A stretch of 32,000 nt of DNA, from positions 40,961-72,960 of IMG/VR virus record IMGVR_UViG_3300045988_133377; one strand, 5' to 3'. This DNA comes from a virus. The position numbers and the translations under genes were made by a program. Shown here in pieces: positions 23,633 to 31,926 of this stretch (position 1 is its first letter; the number at the start of each line of letters is the position of its first letter). Under the pieces are notes generated by a model, which saw nothing but the letters and a program-made list of their open reading frames with translations, did not search any database and was not told the origin of the DNA.

Positions 23633-25807
23633 ATGGCAAGAGAGATACAGGTAGATATGAGTAGAGAGAGCGTGGATCTGGAGGATCTTAGTAGCAGATT
23701 AGCTCATAAAAAGGTATGTAATATAAATTTGAAAAGAAACCAGAATACCTTACTTAAAGGGCTGGAGGTAATAAATGAGCTGGTAAAGAGCGGTAGGCTC
23801 CATGCTGAGGGAGAGTATGAGATTATCCGTACTCCAGAGAGGCTTAAGGAAGTAATGGAAACCTACTTAACTGGAGTAAGTGAGTATGTACTGGATGTGG
23901 AAACTACAGGGCTGGATGTGTATAACGATATTTTAGTAGGTATCTGTTTATATAATCCAGATCTCCCTAGTTTCTATGTACCGTTTAATCATACGGATCT
24001 CCAGAATAAGAGAGTTGAGGGGCAAATGACAGAGGAGGAGTGTAAGGCGGTTATGCTCCCTTATCTGGCTAACGGATCCCTTAAGTGCATCAATCATAAT
24101 ATTAAGTTTGATGATAAAGTGGTTACTTTTCAGTGGGGGCAGAGAATAGCTAATGTATGGTGGGATACTAACATAGCTGGCTGGGTACTCAATGAGAATG
24201 AGAAACACGGATTAAAACCGATGTATAACAAGTATATCCTCAATGGGGAGGGCTCAGATGAGGATTTTGGAGATCTCTTTGAGGGTATCCCATGTAACTA
24301 TATTCCTATTGATATTTTCGCTATTTATGGTGCTAACGATGGTTTTAAAACATGGGCTTTGTATCAATTTCAGAAAAAGTATCTTAGAGAGGATCATCCG
24401 AGAGCAGACTACAGAAAGCTCTATCATGTGTTTAGAGATATTGAGATGCCTCTTATTGATGTTTGTATGGATATGGAGCTTAGAGGGGTAGAGATCCGTG
24501 AGGATTATGCTAAGGAGCTCTCTGTAAAATTTAATGCAGAGATGGCGGAGAAAGAAAAGCTCTGTGATGAGTATGTAGCTAAGTTTGATAAGTTTATAGA
24601 GGAAAATCCTACTCTTATGAGATTAACTAAGGGTACTAAGAAGATTAACTATAACAGCCCTCAGCAGGTGGCTTGTTTATTCTATGATATTTTCAAACTG
24701 AAAAGCGTATCCAGAAAAGAGCCGAGAGGTACAGGAGATAAGATAGTACAACAGCATAGAAACAAGGCTAAAAAGGCAGGCACTAAAAAGGGAGAGGAGT
24801 TTATCCAGTTTTTAGATAACTACCAGAGATACAAAGAGTGCGGAAAGCTCTTAGGAACTTACATAGATAAGATCCCAGAGGTTAAGTGTGCTAAGACTAA
24901 TGCAGTACATACCACATATAACCAGTATGGAGCTAAAACAGGTAGATTTTCAAGTAGTGATACAGTTACTAAGATCAACCTCCAGAATATCCCTAGCCAT
25001 GAGAAAAGCATCCGTAAGATCTTTAGAGCCAGAGATGGTTATAAGTTTGTGGGAGGAGATTTTAGCCAGATTGAGCCACGAGTACTCTCTTATGTATCTG
25101 GAGATGAGGCAATGCAGGAGGCATACAGAGAGGGTAAAGATCTATACGCCATCATGGGATCTAAAGTGTATGGAGTGCCTTATGAGGATTGTAGAGAGTT
25201 TTATCCAGATGGTACGGTAAACGCTGAGGGCAAACACAGGCGTACAACTATGAAAAGTGTACTCTTAGGTATTATGTATGAGCGTGGAGCTAAAGCCATT
25301 GGAGAGCAGTTTGATAGATCCGCAGAGTGGGCTCAGAAACTTATTGATGATTTTTATAAGAGTTTTCCTAAGATCCAACAGCTCCGCCTTAAGGTAGAGA
25401 AGATGGCGGAGGAGTACGGATATGTAACTACCATACAGGGCAGAAAGAGAAGATTGCCAGAGATGCAGTTACCAGATCACGATGATTACCGCTATCAAGA
25501 GGCTCACAGGCAGAGCCTTAACGCTGTAATACAGGGATCCAGTGCGGATATTATGAAATTAGCTATGATCGCTATTTACAATGATCCTCAGTATAAGGCT
25601 CTGGATTGCCACATGGTAATAACCGTACATGATGAGTTAATCATGGAGGTACCAGAGGATCATATTAAGGAGGGAGCAGATCTCTTAGTAAACACTATGA
25701 AAAGAGTAGGACACAGCCTAATAGATCTCCCTATGAGCGTAGATGCTGAGGTAAATGATTATTGGTACGGAGAAAACTTAGCGGATGATTATTTAGAGGA
25801 GGAGTAA
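23633..25807 (+). CDS. Family A DNA polymerase
   Basis: DVETTGLDVYNDILVGI (exo I), TGRFSSSDTVTKINLQNIPSHE, FVGGDFSQIEPRVLSY (motif A), RRTTMKSVLLGIMYERG (motif B), MVITVHDELIMEV (motif C). Confidence 0.97.
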   Translation: MAREIQVDMSRESVDLEDLSSRLAHKKVCNINLKRNQNTLLKGLEVINELVKSGRLHAEGEYEIIRTPERLKEVMETYLTGVSEYVLDVETTGLDVYNDILVGICLYNPDLPSFYVPFNHTDLQNKRVEGQMTEEECKAVMLPYLANGSLKCINHNIKFDDKVVTFQWGQRIANVWWDTNIAGWVLNENEKHGLKPMYNKYILNGEGSDEDFGDLFEGIPCNYIPIDIFAIYGANDGFKTWALYQFQKKYLREDHPRADYRKLYHVFRDIEMPLIDVCMDMELRGVEIREDYAKELSVKFNAEMAEKEKLCDEYVAKFDKFIEENPTLMRLTKGTKKINYNSPQQVACLFYDIFKLKSVSRKEPRGTGDKIVQQHRNKAKKAGTKKGEEFIQFLDNYQRYKECGKLLGTYIDKIPEVKCAKTNAVHTTYNQYGAKTGRFSSSDTVTKINLQNIPSHEKSIRKIFRARDGYKFVGGDFSQIEPRVLSYVSGDEAMQEAYREGKDLYAIMGSKVYGVPYEDCREFYPDGTVNAEGKHRRTTMKSVLLGIMYERGAKAIGEQFDRSAEWAQKLIDDFYKSFPKIQQLRLKVEKMAEEYGYVTTIQGRKRRLPEMQLPDHDDYRYQEAHRQSLNAVIQGSSADIMKLAMIAIYNDPQYKALDCHMVITVHDELIMEVPEDHIKEGADLLVNTMKRVGHSLIDLPMSVDAEVNDYWYGENLADDYLEEE

Positions 25808-25811
25808 GCCT

Positions 25812-26243
25812 ATGGGATATTTTCCTTTACCAGAGCTAAAGGGTAAGCCTAACAGGATCTTTGTAGATGGTAAAACTCTAAATCAGATAGCTAAGGAGAG
25901 CGGTATAAGGCTGGATACCGTACAGCATAGATATAGCAGAGGTATAAGAGATTATGAGGGCTTAACAAAGCCCTCTCATATCAGAGTAGAGCACGAAAAG
26001 ACACAGAGGAAAACCTACTCTATAATGAGTGCTGGAGAGAGAGTAATGGAGAGGATCTGGGAGCTGGATATACCTCTCCAGACTATCTCCGATAAAACAG
26101 GGATAAGTAGATCCACAATATACGCCTTTTTATATAACGGTACAGATCTTAGCAGTATGAGGCTTGCTAAGATTTGTAGCCTTTTGGGATTATCAATGGA
26201 TTATGTAATGGGATTAAAGGAGAAACCAGATGGCAAAATGTAA
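25812..26243 (+). CDS. HTH regulator (XRE-like C-terminal domain)
   Basis: MERIWELDIPLQTISDKTGISRSTIYAFLYNGTDLSSMRLAKICSLLGLSMDYVMG. Confidence 0.75.
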   Translation: MGYFPLPELKGKPNRIFVDGKTLNQIAKESGIRLDTVQHRYSRGIRDYEGLTKPSHIRVEHEKTQRKTYSIMSAGERVMERIWELDIPLQTISDKTGISRSTIYAFLYNGTDLSSMRLAKICSLLGLSMDYVMGLKEKPDGKM

Positions 26244-26538
26244 ATACTGTGGAGCTGAGGTAACAATAGGGGAGAGATGTACCTATTGTGGCAGTAAGGC
26301 GGAGAGCTGGTACTACCCTGTAGCAAAAAAGGTACAGGAGCCTAAAAAGAAGAAAGCTCCACATAATAGAGTAAGAGATCTGTTTAATGGAAAGATCTAT
26401 ATTGTAAAAGAGGGAGATTGCCTCTGGAATATAGCTAAAAATCTGTACGGATCTGGAGCAGAGTATTACAGGATTGTGAGGAAAAACCATCTACAGGATC
26501 CTAACCATATAGAAGTAGGGCAGAAATTGTATCTTTAG
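26230..26538 (+). CDS. Zinc-ribbon + LysM-like domain protein
   Basis: CKYCGAEVTIGERCTYCGSKAE at the N-terminus; IYIVKEGDCLWNIAKNLYGSGAEYYRIVRKNHLQDPNHIEVGQKLYL is LysM-like. Confidence 0.75.
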   Translation: MAKCKYCGAEVTIGERCTYCGSKAESWYYPVAKKVQEPKKKKAPHNRVRDLFNGKIYIVKEGDCLWNIAKNLYGSGAEYYRIVRKNHLQDPNHIEVGQKLYL

Positions 26539-26548
26539 GAGGTAAACA

Positions 26549-26710
26549 GTGAGATATAAAGTATATGATGAGGAAGATAAGAAAGAGAGAACTCTGGAGG
26601 AGTGCGTAACTCCTTTGGAGGTAGGATCTGTAAGGAGAGTGCAGGTTAAAAAGGGAGATACCAGAGAGGTACATCATTTTAGAGTATTGGAGGAGTTAAA
26701 GAGTGTTTGA
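26549..26710 (+). CDS. small hypothetical phage protein (53 aa)
   Basis: GTG ORF VRYKVYDEEDKKERTLEECVTPLEVGSVRRVQVKKGDTREVHHFRVLEELKSV preceded by AGGAGGT. Confidence 0.5.
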   Translation: MRYKVYDEEDKKERTLEECVTPLEVGSVRRVQVKKGDTREVHHFRVLEELKSV

Positions 26711-27074
26711 TTTTAACGGAGAAAATTTACAGGTTGGAGATAAGGTAATAGTATATGTGAGCTACTTTAGCAGTAAATCCTATTATGTAGGTACTGTGGT
26801 AAAAAGAACTCCTACAGGGCTATTGGATATAGAGTGGGGGAATGGTAAAAAAGAGAGATTTAAGAGTAACGGATATGAGTATCATAGATCCTCTGGATAC
26901 GGTAGAACCTCACTTTATTTAGAGCCTTATACTGAGGAAAGAGGTAGGCAGGTTATACAGGAAAATAAGAGAAAGTGTATGGTAGGCTGGCTTAAGGAGT
27001 TTGATTATACAAAACTCTCTTATGAGGAGGCAGAGCAGGTATATACTTTGGTAGCAGGTTTGAAAAATTCATAA
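26703..27074 (+). CDS. hypothetical phage protein
   Basis: ORF overlapping the upstream small ORF. Confidence 0.6.
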   Translation: MFDFNGENLQVGDKVIVYVSYFSSKSYYVGTVVKRTPTGLLDIEWGNGKKERFKSNGYEYHRSSGYGRTSLYLEPYTEERGRQVIQENKRKCMVGWLKEFDYTKLSYEEAEQVYTLVAGLKNS

Positions 27075-27082
27075 AATTAGTA

Positions 27083-27111
27083 TCTAAGGAAATCTCCTTT
27101 ATGTGATTAGG
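27083..27111 (+). promoter_or_regulatory. Phage bipartite motif copy F
   Basis: TCTAAG (27083-27088), 14 nt, GTGATTAGG (27103-27111); ATG at 27143. Confidence 0.7.
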
Positions 27112-27142
27112 ATCGATCAAAACATAAAGGAGGTTTATTTGA

Positions 27143-27983
27143 TGGAGTATGTAAAGAGCCCACTTAACTATACAGGTGGAAAATACAAACTCCTCCCACA
27201 GCTTTTAGAGTTATTTCCAAAACAGGTAAATACCTTTGTAGACCTGTTTGCAGGGGGGGGAATGTGTCCGTAAATGTTAAGGCGGAGAAAGTAGTATTTA
27301 ATGATCTCATGTGGCAAGTACCAGAAATGCTACAGGAATTTAAGAAAATCGGAGTTGAGGAGAGCCTTAGGAAAATTGATGGGTACATAAGCAGTTATGA
27401 TCTATCTAAGGAAAATAAAGAGGGTTATTTAGCTTTGAGAGAGCTTTATAACAAAGGAAAATCAGATCCTTTAATGCTGTATACATTGATCTGTTATTCC
27501 TTTAATAATCAGATACGATTTAATAACAAAGGGGCTTATAATATGCCTTTTGGTAAAGATCGTAGTAGTTTTAATCCGACACTAAGAGAAAAATTTATTA
27601 TTTTTGTGCAGAGGCTCCAGAGCATGGAGATACAGTTTAGCAGTAAAGATTTTAGAGAGCTGGATCTGGATACTCTGGGAGAGAATGATTTTGTATATTG
27701 TGATCCTCCTTATCTGATTACAGTAGCCTCTTATAATGAAAATGGAGGCTGGGGAGAGCAGGCGGAGAGAGATCTTTTAGCTAAGCTGGATACATTAGAT
27801 AAAGCAGGAGTTAAGTTTGGATTATCTAATGTGTTTGAGAGTAAAGGAAAAGAAAACATAATACTTAAAGAGTGGGCTAAGGGATATACAGTACATTATC
27901 TGGATCATACATACAGTAATTGCAGTTATCATAAAAAGGATAAGCAGAGTAAGGATATAGAGGTATTTATTACAAATTACTAG
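27143..27983 (+). pseudogene. D12-class (Dam-like) N6-adenine DNA methyltransferase, interrupted by two frameshifts
   Basis: MEYVKSPLNYTGG...KYKLLPQLLELFPKQVNTFVDLFAGG...SVNVKAEKVVFNDL...DFVYCDPPYLITV. The frame breaks at GGTGGAAATAC (~27179-27184) and at a G8 tract (27253-27260), and each break is fixed by one added base. Confidence 0.85.
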
Positions 27984-27995
27984 GAGGTGCGATAA

Positions 27996-28382
27996 GTGAG
28001 AGTTTATATAGCTGGAGCTATGACAGGTAGATTTGATTATAAAAAGTATTTCAATGAGGCTGAGGAGTTTGTACGGAGTAAAGGGCATATAGTACTTAAC
28101 CCATCATTTTTACCAGAGGGCTTAGCAGATTACTATAAGATTAACAAGGCTATGATAGATCAGTGTGATGCTATTTATGTTTTGCTACATTCTGAGAACT
28201 CAGTAGGAACTAAAAAAGAGATTGAGTATGCTAAATCTACCTGTAAGCAGGTAATTTATCAACAGGAGGCAGAAACAAAGGAAAAAGAGTGGGGCTGGAA
28301 AAAAGATCCTTATATTTATCCACGCTCTTTTTATAGCCCTGTAGGATATACTCCGTGGGATCCGTGGGGTAGAAGATTATAA
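27996..28382 (+). CDS. DUF4406 / nucleoside 2-deoxyribosyltransferase-like protein
   Basis: MRVYIAGAMTGRFDYKKYFNEAEEFVRSKGHIVLNPSFLPEG...MIDQCDAIYVLLHSENSVGTKKEIEYAK. Confidence 0.8.
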   Translation: MRVYIAGAMTGRFDYKKYFNEAEEFVRSKGHIVLNPSFLPEGLADYYKINKAMIDQCDAIYVLLHSENSVGTKKEIEYAKSTCKQVIYQQEAETKEKEWGWKKDPYIYPRSFYSPVGYTPWDPWGRRL

Positions 28383-28393
28383 GATTAACTCTA

Positions 28394-28425
28394 AGGAGGC
28401 GTAAAAAGCCTCCTCTTTTTTTTTA
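28394..28425 (+). terminator. Rho-independent terminator
   Basis: AGGAGGC-GTAAAAA-GCCTCCT followed by C and a long T tract. Confidence 0.92.
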
Positions 28426-28454
28426 TCTAAATTTACTTACCGTTTGTGATTAGG
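28426..28454 (+). promoter_or_regulatory. Phage bipartite motif copy G
   Basis: TCTAAA (28426-28431), 14 nt, GTGATTAGG (28446-28454); ATG at 28486. Confidence 0.75.
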
Positions 28455-28485
28455 TTACTTATCAATCAAAACAGGAGGATCAAGG

Positions 28486-28635
28486 ATGGTAAGACGGATT
28501 AAAAGAAAATGGAGAAGATTTTACAGAACTCATAGAGAGGGCTGTGAGCTGGTAGGAGATTTTGTCGGAGCTTTAAGTATTTTTGTATTCTTATTTGAGC
28601 TCTATATCATCGGAGTTATGTTAGGAGGTTACTAA
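28486..28635 (+). CDS. small predicted membrane protein (49 aa)
   Basis: MVRRIKRKWRRFYRTHREGCELVGDFVGALSIFVFLFELYIIGVMLGGY, preceded by AGGAGG; not in the supplied track. Confidence 0.5.
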   Translation: MVRRIKRKWRRFYRTHREGCELVGDFVGALSIFVFLFELYIIGVMLGGY

Positions 28636-28832
28636 TGGGAAATATAATTTTAGGGCTTTTGTTAGTCGGCTACATAGTGGTTACTATCGTAAATCTGGTA
28701 ATTGAGGTAAAGAGAGATAAAGAAACCAGACCTCTAAGGATAAGAGAAAGCAGATCCCAGATGTATTTAGCTTTTGAGCTTGCCAGATTTAATAAAAATA
28801 TTGAAAAAGCCAGAGAGGAGGCGGAAAAGTAA
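28635..28832 (+). CDS. small predicted membrane protein
   Basis: ORF with N-terminal TM-like MGNIILGLLLVGYIVVTIVNLVIEV, coupled to its neighbours. Confidence 0.6.
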   Translation: MGNIILGLLLVGYIVVTIVNLVIEVKRDKETRPLRIRESRSQMYLAFELARFNKNIEKAREEAEK

Positions 28833-29890
28833 TGGGATTAAAGAGCTTAATAGCAGTAGCACAAGGAAAAAATGCAGAGAGCGTATCCTTTGAGGATAAG
28901 TTTCTTAAAAATTATGAGGAGGCTGTAAAGGCTAAGGAGCTGGAGGAGAGGCAGGTAGCTCCCTCTGAGTATATCCGCCCATCCTCTATGTATGGCTGTG
29001 AGCGTATGTTATTTTTCCAGAGAGTACATGGAGGCTCCCAGAACGGAGAGCAGAGTGATGTAAATCTTATTGAGATATGCCAGAGTGGTACAGATAGGCA
29101 CTTAGACATACAGCACATAGTAGAGCGGATGGAGGGCGTAGAGTGCTTAGATCTGGAGGAAATGGTAAAAGAGGCACAGGCTAAAGGCATTAAAACAGAG
29201 TTTGTAGGCTGGAATGAGGATCATACAGAGGGCAGGTGTAAAAATGATGAGCTCTCTATTTATTTCCAGCCAGACGGAGTTATTAGATTTAATGGTAAGG
29301 ATGTGATCTTAGAAATTAAAACAGAGAGTACTTACCAGTTTAGTAACAGGTATGAGCCTAAGGCGGATCACAAGTGGCAAGCTACTTGTTACGGTATGGG
29401 GCTGGGGATAGATTATATCCTTTTCTTTTATGAGGATAGAAATTTCTGTAAAAAGAAACCGTATCTCTGGAAAATAACCGATGAGATGAAACAGGCAGTA
29501 CTTAACAAGATACGAACTGTAAACAATGCTTGTAAAACAGGGATCCCTCCAGAGAAAGATGATAGCAAGTGTACATACTGTAGATATAAAAATGAGTGTG
29601 CTTTAGTGGATGCTGGTAAGTGGGTACATCCTAACCCTCCAGAAAAGCCTCAGACAGCCCAGAAAGATACAAACAGAAAAAAGGCTAATAAGTTTACAGG
29701 TAAAAAGAAAAAAGCCTCTACAGGGCAAAATACAGCGTTGAGAGCGGTATGTGGTAACTGTGAGCATTGTGGTAGAGAGCTGGGAGCTTACTACTGTAGC
29801 ATTGATAAAGATGGATCTATGTATGTAGATCGCAGAAAGAAATGTAAGTTTACTCCTAGCAGATTTAAGGGGGTACAGGATGGCAAGTAA
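28832..29890 (+). CDS. Cas4/RecB-like PD-(D/E)XK nuclease
   Basis: YIRPSSMYGCERMLFFQ...GTDRHLDIQH...YFQPDGVIRFNGKDVILEIKTES...KWQATCYGMGLGIDYILFFYEDR...CTYCRYKNECA. Confidence 0.8.
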   Translation: MGLKSLIAVAQGKNAESVSFEDKFLKNYEEAVKAKELEERQVAPSEYIRPSSMYGCERMLFFQRVHGGSQNGEQSDVNLIEICQSGTDRHLDIQHIVERMEGVECLDLEEMVKEAQAKGIKTEFVGWNEDHTEGRCKNDELSIYFQPDGVIRFNGKDVILEIKTESTYQFSNRYEPKADHKWQATCYGMGLGIDYILFFYEDRNFCKKKPYLWKITDEMKQAVLNKIRTVNNACKTGIPPEKDDSKCTYCRYKNECALVDAGKWVHPNPPEKPQTAQKDTNRKKANKFTGKKKKASTGQNTALRAVCGNCEHCGRELGAYYCSIDKDGSMYVDRRKKCKFTPSRFKGVQDGK

Positions 29891-30353
29891 TAACATCGGT
29901 AAAACCTTTGAGCAGGAGTTTAAGGAGTGTGTACCTCCAGATTATTACCTGTACCGCCTAAAGGATGATACAAGCGGATTTTATGGAGTATCTAATCCAT
30001 GTGATTATATCCTTTTCAGATCTCCTTATCTCTTTCTGGTAGAGCTTAAAACTCATAAGGGAAAGAGCATACCGATAGCTAAGATCAGACCTAACCAGAT
30101 ACAGGGAATGGAGAAAGCTACTCATTATGAGGGAGTGTATGGAGGCTTTTTAATCAATTTTAGAGAGCTGGAGGAAACATATTACATAACCGTACAGGAT
30201 GTGATCCAGTTTACTCAGACAGAGGAGAGAAAGAGTATACCTGTAGAGTGGTGTAGGGATCACGGAGTAAAGATAGAGCAGAAAAAGAAAAGAGTGAGAT
30301 ACAGCTACGATCTGGAGAGCTGGTTAAGGAGGTACTATGGAAAATCCGTGTAG
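29880..30353 (+). CDS. RecU-like Holliday-junction resolvase / PD-(D/E)XK protein
   Basis: NIGKTFEQEFKECVPPDYYLYRLKD...SNPCDYILFRSPYLFLVELKTHKGKSIPIAKIRPNQIQGM. Confidence 0.75.
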   Translation: MASNNIGKTFEQEFKECVPPDYYLYRLKDDTSGFYGVSNPCDYILFRSPYLFLVELKTHKGKSIPIAKIRPNQIQGMEKATHYEGVYGGFLINFRELEETYYITVQDVIQFTQTEERKSIPVEWCRDHGVKIEQKKKRVRYSYDLESWLRRYYGKSV

Positions 30354-30639
30354 TAATTGTGATAGTACATCAATGGAGATGTGTTTACTTATTAGACATT
30401 GTGAGCACTTTGTAACAAAGAAATCTAAAGAGGAGAGCAGGTGTAAAGATTATGTAGGAGTTACCTGTGTAAATGGTGGATGCCCTAACGCTATGGCGGA
30501 TGAGTACCCAGAGTATGGCTATGAACATTGTACCTGTGAGGAGTGTGGATATTATAAGGGCTGTGAGGATTGTGCCTTAGCAGGTACAGAGCATTGTAAT
30601 AAGGCTCCTACAGGAGGAGGTAAAGATGGTACAGAGTGA
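30337..30639 (+). CDS. Cys-rich hypothetical protein
   Basis: Multiple Cys pairs (CSNCD, CNKAPTG, CEECGYYKGCEDC); overlaps the upstream ORF. Confidence 0.55.
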   Translation: MENPCSNCDSTSMEMCLLIRHCEHFVTKKSKEESRCKDYVGVTCVNGGCPNAMADEYPEYGYEHCTCEECGYYKGCEDCALAGTEHCNKAPTGGGKDGTE

Positions 30640-31177
30640 TAAATTAAAGAAAATCATAGCAGAGGTAAAAGAGGAGAGCTCCCCTGTAATAACCCTCTCA
30701 AATGAGTTAATAGCAGATTTTAGTAAGGAGCTTGATAGTGCTATCTCAGAGCTGGATATGATTATGGAGAGTATCGGAGAAAACTCTATAGAGGATATAC
30801 CAGATAGCCAGATAGAGTACTACTGTGTTAAGATCCCAGCCCTTATGTATTATGCAGGGCAGAGAGTAGAGGAGCTGGGTATGCAGGTAGATCTAGCCTC
30901 TAACGCTAAGAAAAGTGCTCAGAATGAGGCGATGGTAAAAGTATCTGGTACTGTGCAGGAGAAAAAAGCCAGAGTAGAACAGCTCACAGAGGATAAAGCC
31001 TTAGTAGAGGCTATTTACCGTAGAGCTTATAACAGTCTCAAAGTTAAGTTAGAGATGGCTGAGAAGATCTACAGCGGATTAAAGAAATCTCTCTCAAAGA
31101 GGATAGCTGAGGTAGATCTGGATAGATTTAGTAAGGATAAATATACCAGAGAGCCAGAGGATCCTATGGAGGATTAA
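30626..31177 (+). CDS. hypothetical coiled-coil phage protein
   Basis: ORF with long helical repeats, ATG overlapping the previous ORF. Confidence 0.6.
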   Translation: MVQSDKLKKIIAEVKEESSPVITLSNELIADFSKELDSAISELDMIMESIGENSIEDIPDSQIEYYCVKIPALMYYAGQRVEELGMQVDLASNAKKSAQNEAMVKVSGTVQEKKARVEQLTEDKALVEAIYRRAYNSLKVKLEMAEKIYSGLKKSLSKRIAEVDLDRFSKDKYTREPEDPMED

Positions 31178-31181
31178 GCCT

Positions 31182-31415
31182 ATGGAGCGGTGGGCTTATG
31201 AGTACTTTAGGAGACAAGCTATAGAGGATAGATGTAAGCAGGAGGCACAGTGGCTAATAGATAATCCTAAGGACAGTATCCGTAAAGTGGCTAGAGAATT
31301 TTATATCAGTAAGAGCCAGCTACATAGGGATCTCCATGAGCTCAGAAATATAGATGATGATCTCTATGTACAGTGTAGAAATATTTTAAGGAGGCATAAA
31401 AGACGATGTTTATAA
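31182..31415 (+). CDS. SpoIIID-like HTH protein
   Basis: AQWLIDNPKDSIRKVAREFYISKSQLHRDLHELRNIDDDLYVQCRNIL resembles a SpoIIID-type HTH. Confidence 0.65.
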   Translation: MERWAYEYFRRQAIEDRCKQEAQWLIDNPKDSIRKVAREFYISKSQLHRDLHELRNIDDDLYVQCRNILRRHKRRCL

Positions 31416-31669
31416 GAGTTGAGGATCAGAGCGGAAACCTTACTATCTGGCTTAATGTGAACCAGATAGCAAAGATGGAGGAGAGTAGGAGCTCAGAGGA
31501 GTTAATGGGATACAGCATAACTACTGTGGATAATAAGGAGTATTATTCTCCAGATGTTAAGGCTATACAGGCTTTATTGATGCCAGTAGTTGTAATGGAG
31601 CCAGAGGGCGATATTGTAGAGGAGCTTAAAAAGCTGGATATGAGAAGAAATGTTATGGTGGGGTGTTAG
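31406..31669 (+). CDS. hypothetical phage protein
   Basis: ORF with a short overlap of the upstream ORF. Confidence 0.55.
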   Translation: MFIRVEDQSGNLTIWLNVNQIAKMEESRSSEELMGYSITTVDNKEYYSPDVKAIQALLMPVVVMEPEGDIVEELKKLDMRRNVMVGC

Positions 31670-31671
31670 AT

Positions 31672-31926
31672 ATGGAGGAAAAGTTAGATAAGTTTTTAGC
31701 ATATCTGGAGGAAAACGGTGTAGAGATCTCTGGAGAAACAGCTTTTAAGTGTGATGATGGGATTGTACTTTTTAGCCCTAATGAGGGAGGCGGAGTAGAT
31801 ATAGCCATTATCAGAAATGTAATTGAGTTAAATTACAATTTAGGTATCACGGATGCAGATGTAAACCTCTTTAATACGGAGGTAGGCATTATGCAGGAGT
31901 TAGGAGGATCTGAGGATGGAGAATAA
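31672..31926 (+). CDS. hypothetical phage protein
   Basis: ORF MEEKLDKFLAYLEENGVEISGE...; the ATG at 31672 (MEEK...) is preferred. Confidence 0.5.
   Translation: MEEKLDKFLAYLEENGVEISGETAFKCDDGIVLFSPNEGGGVDIAIIRNVIELNYNLGITDADVNLFNTEVGIMQELGGSEDGE

Noticed and set aside
23948-25220. ORFs at 23948-24208 (-), 24243-24491 (+), 24888-25220 (+)
   Set aside because: Alternative-frame ORFs inside the clearly coding family A polymerase gene.
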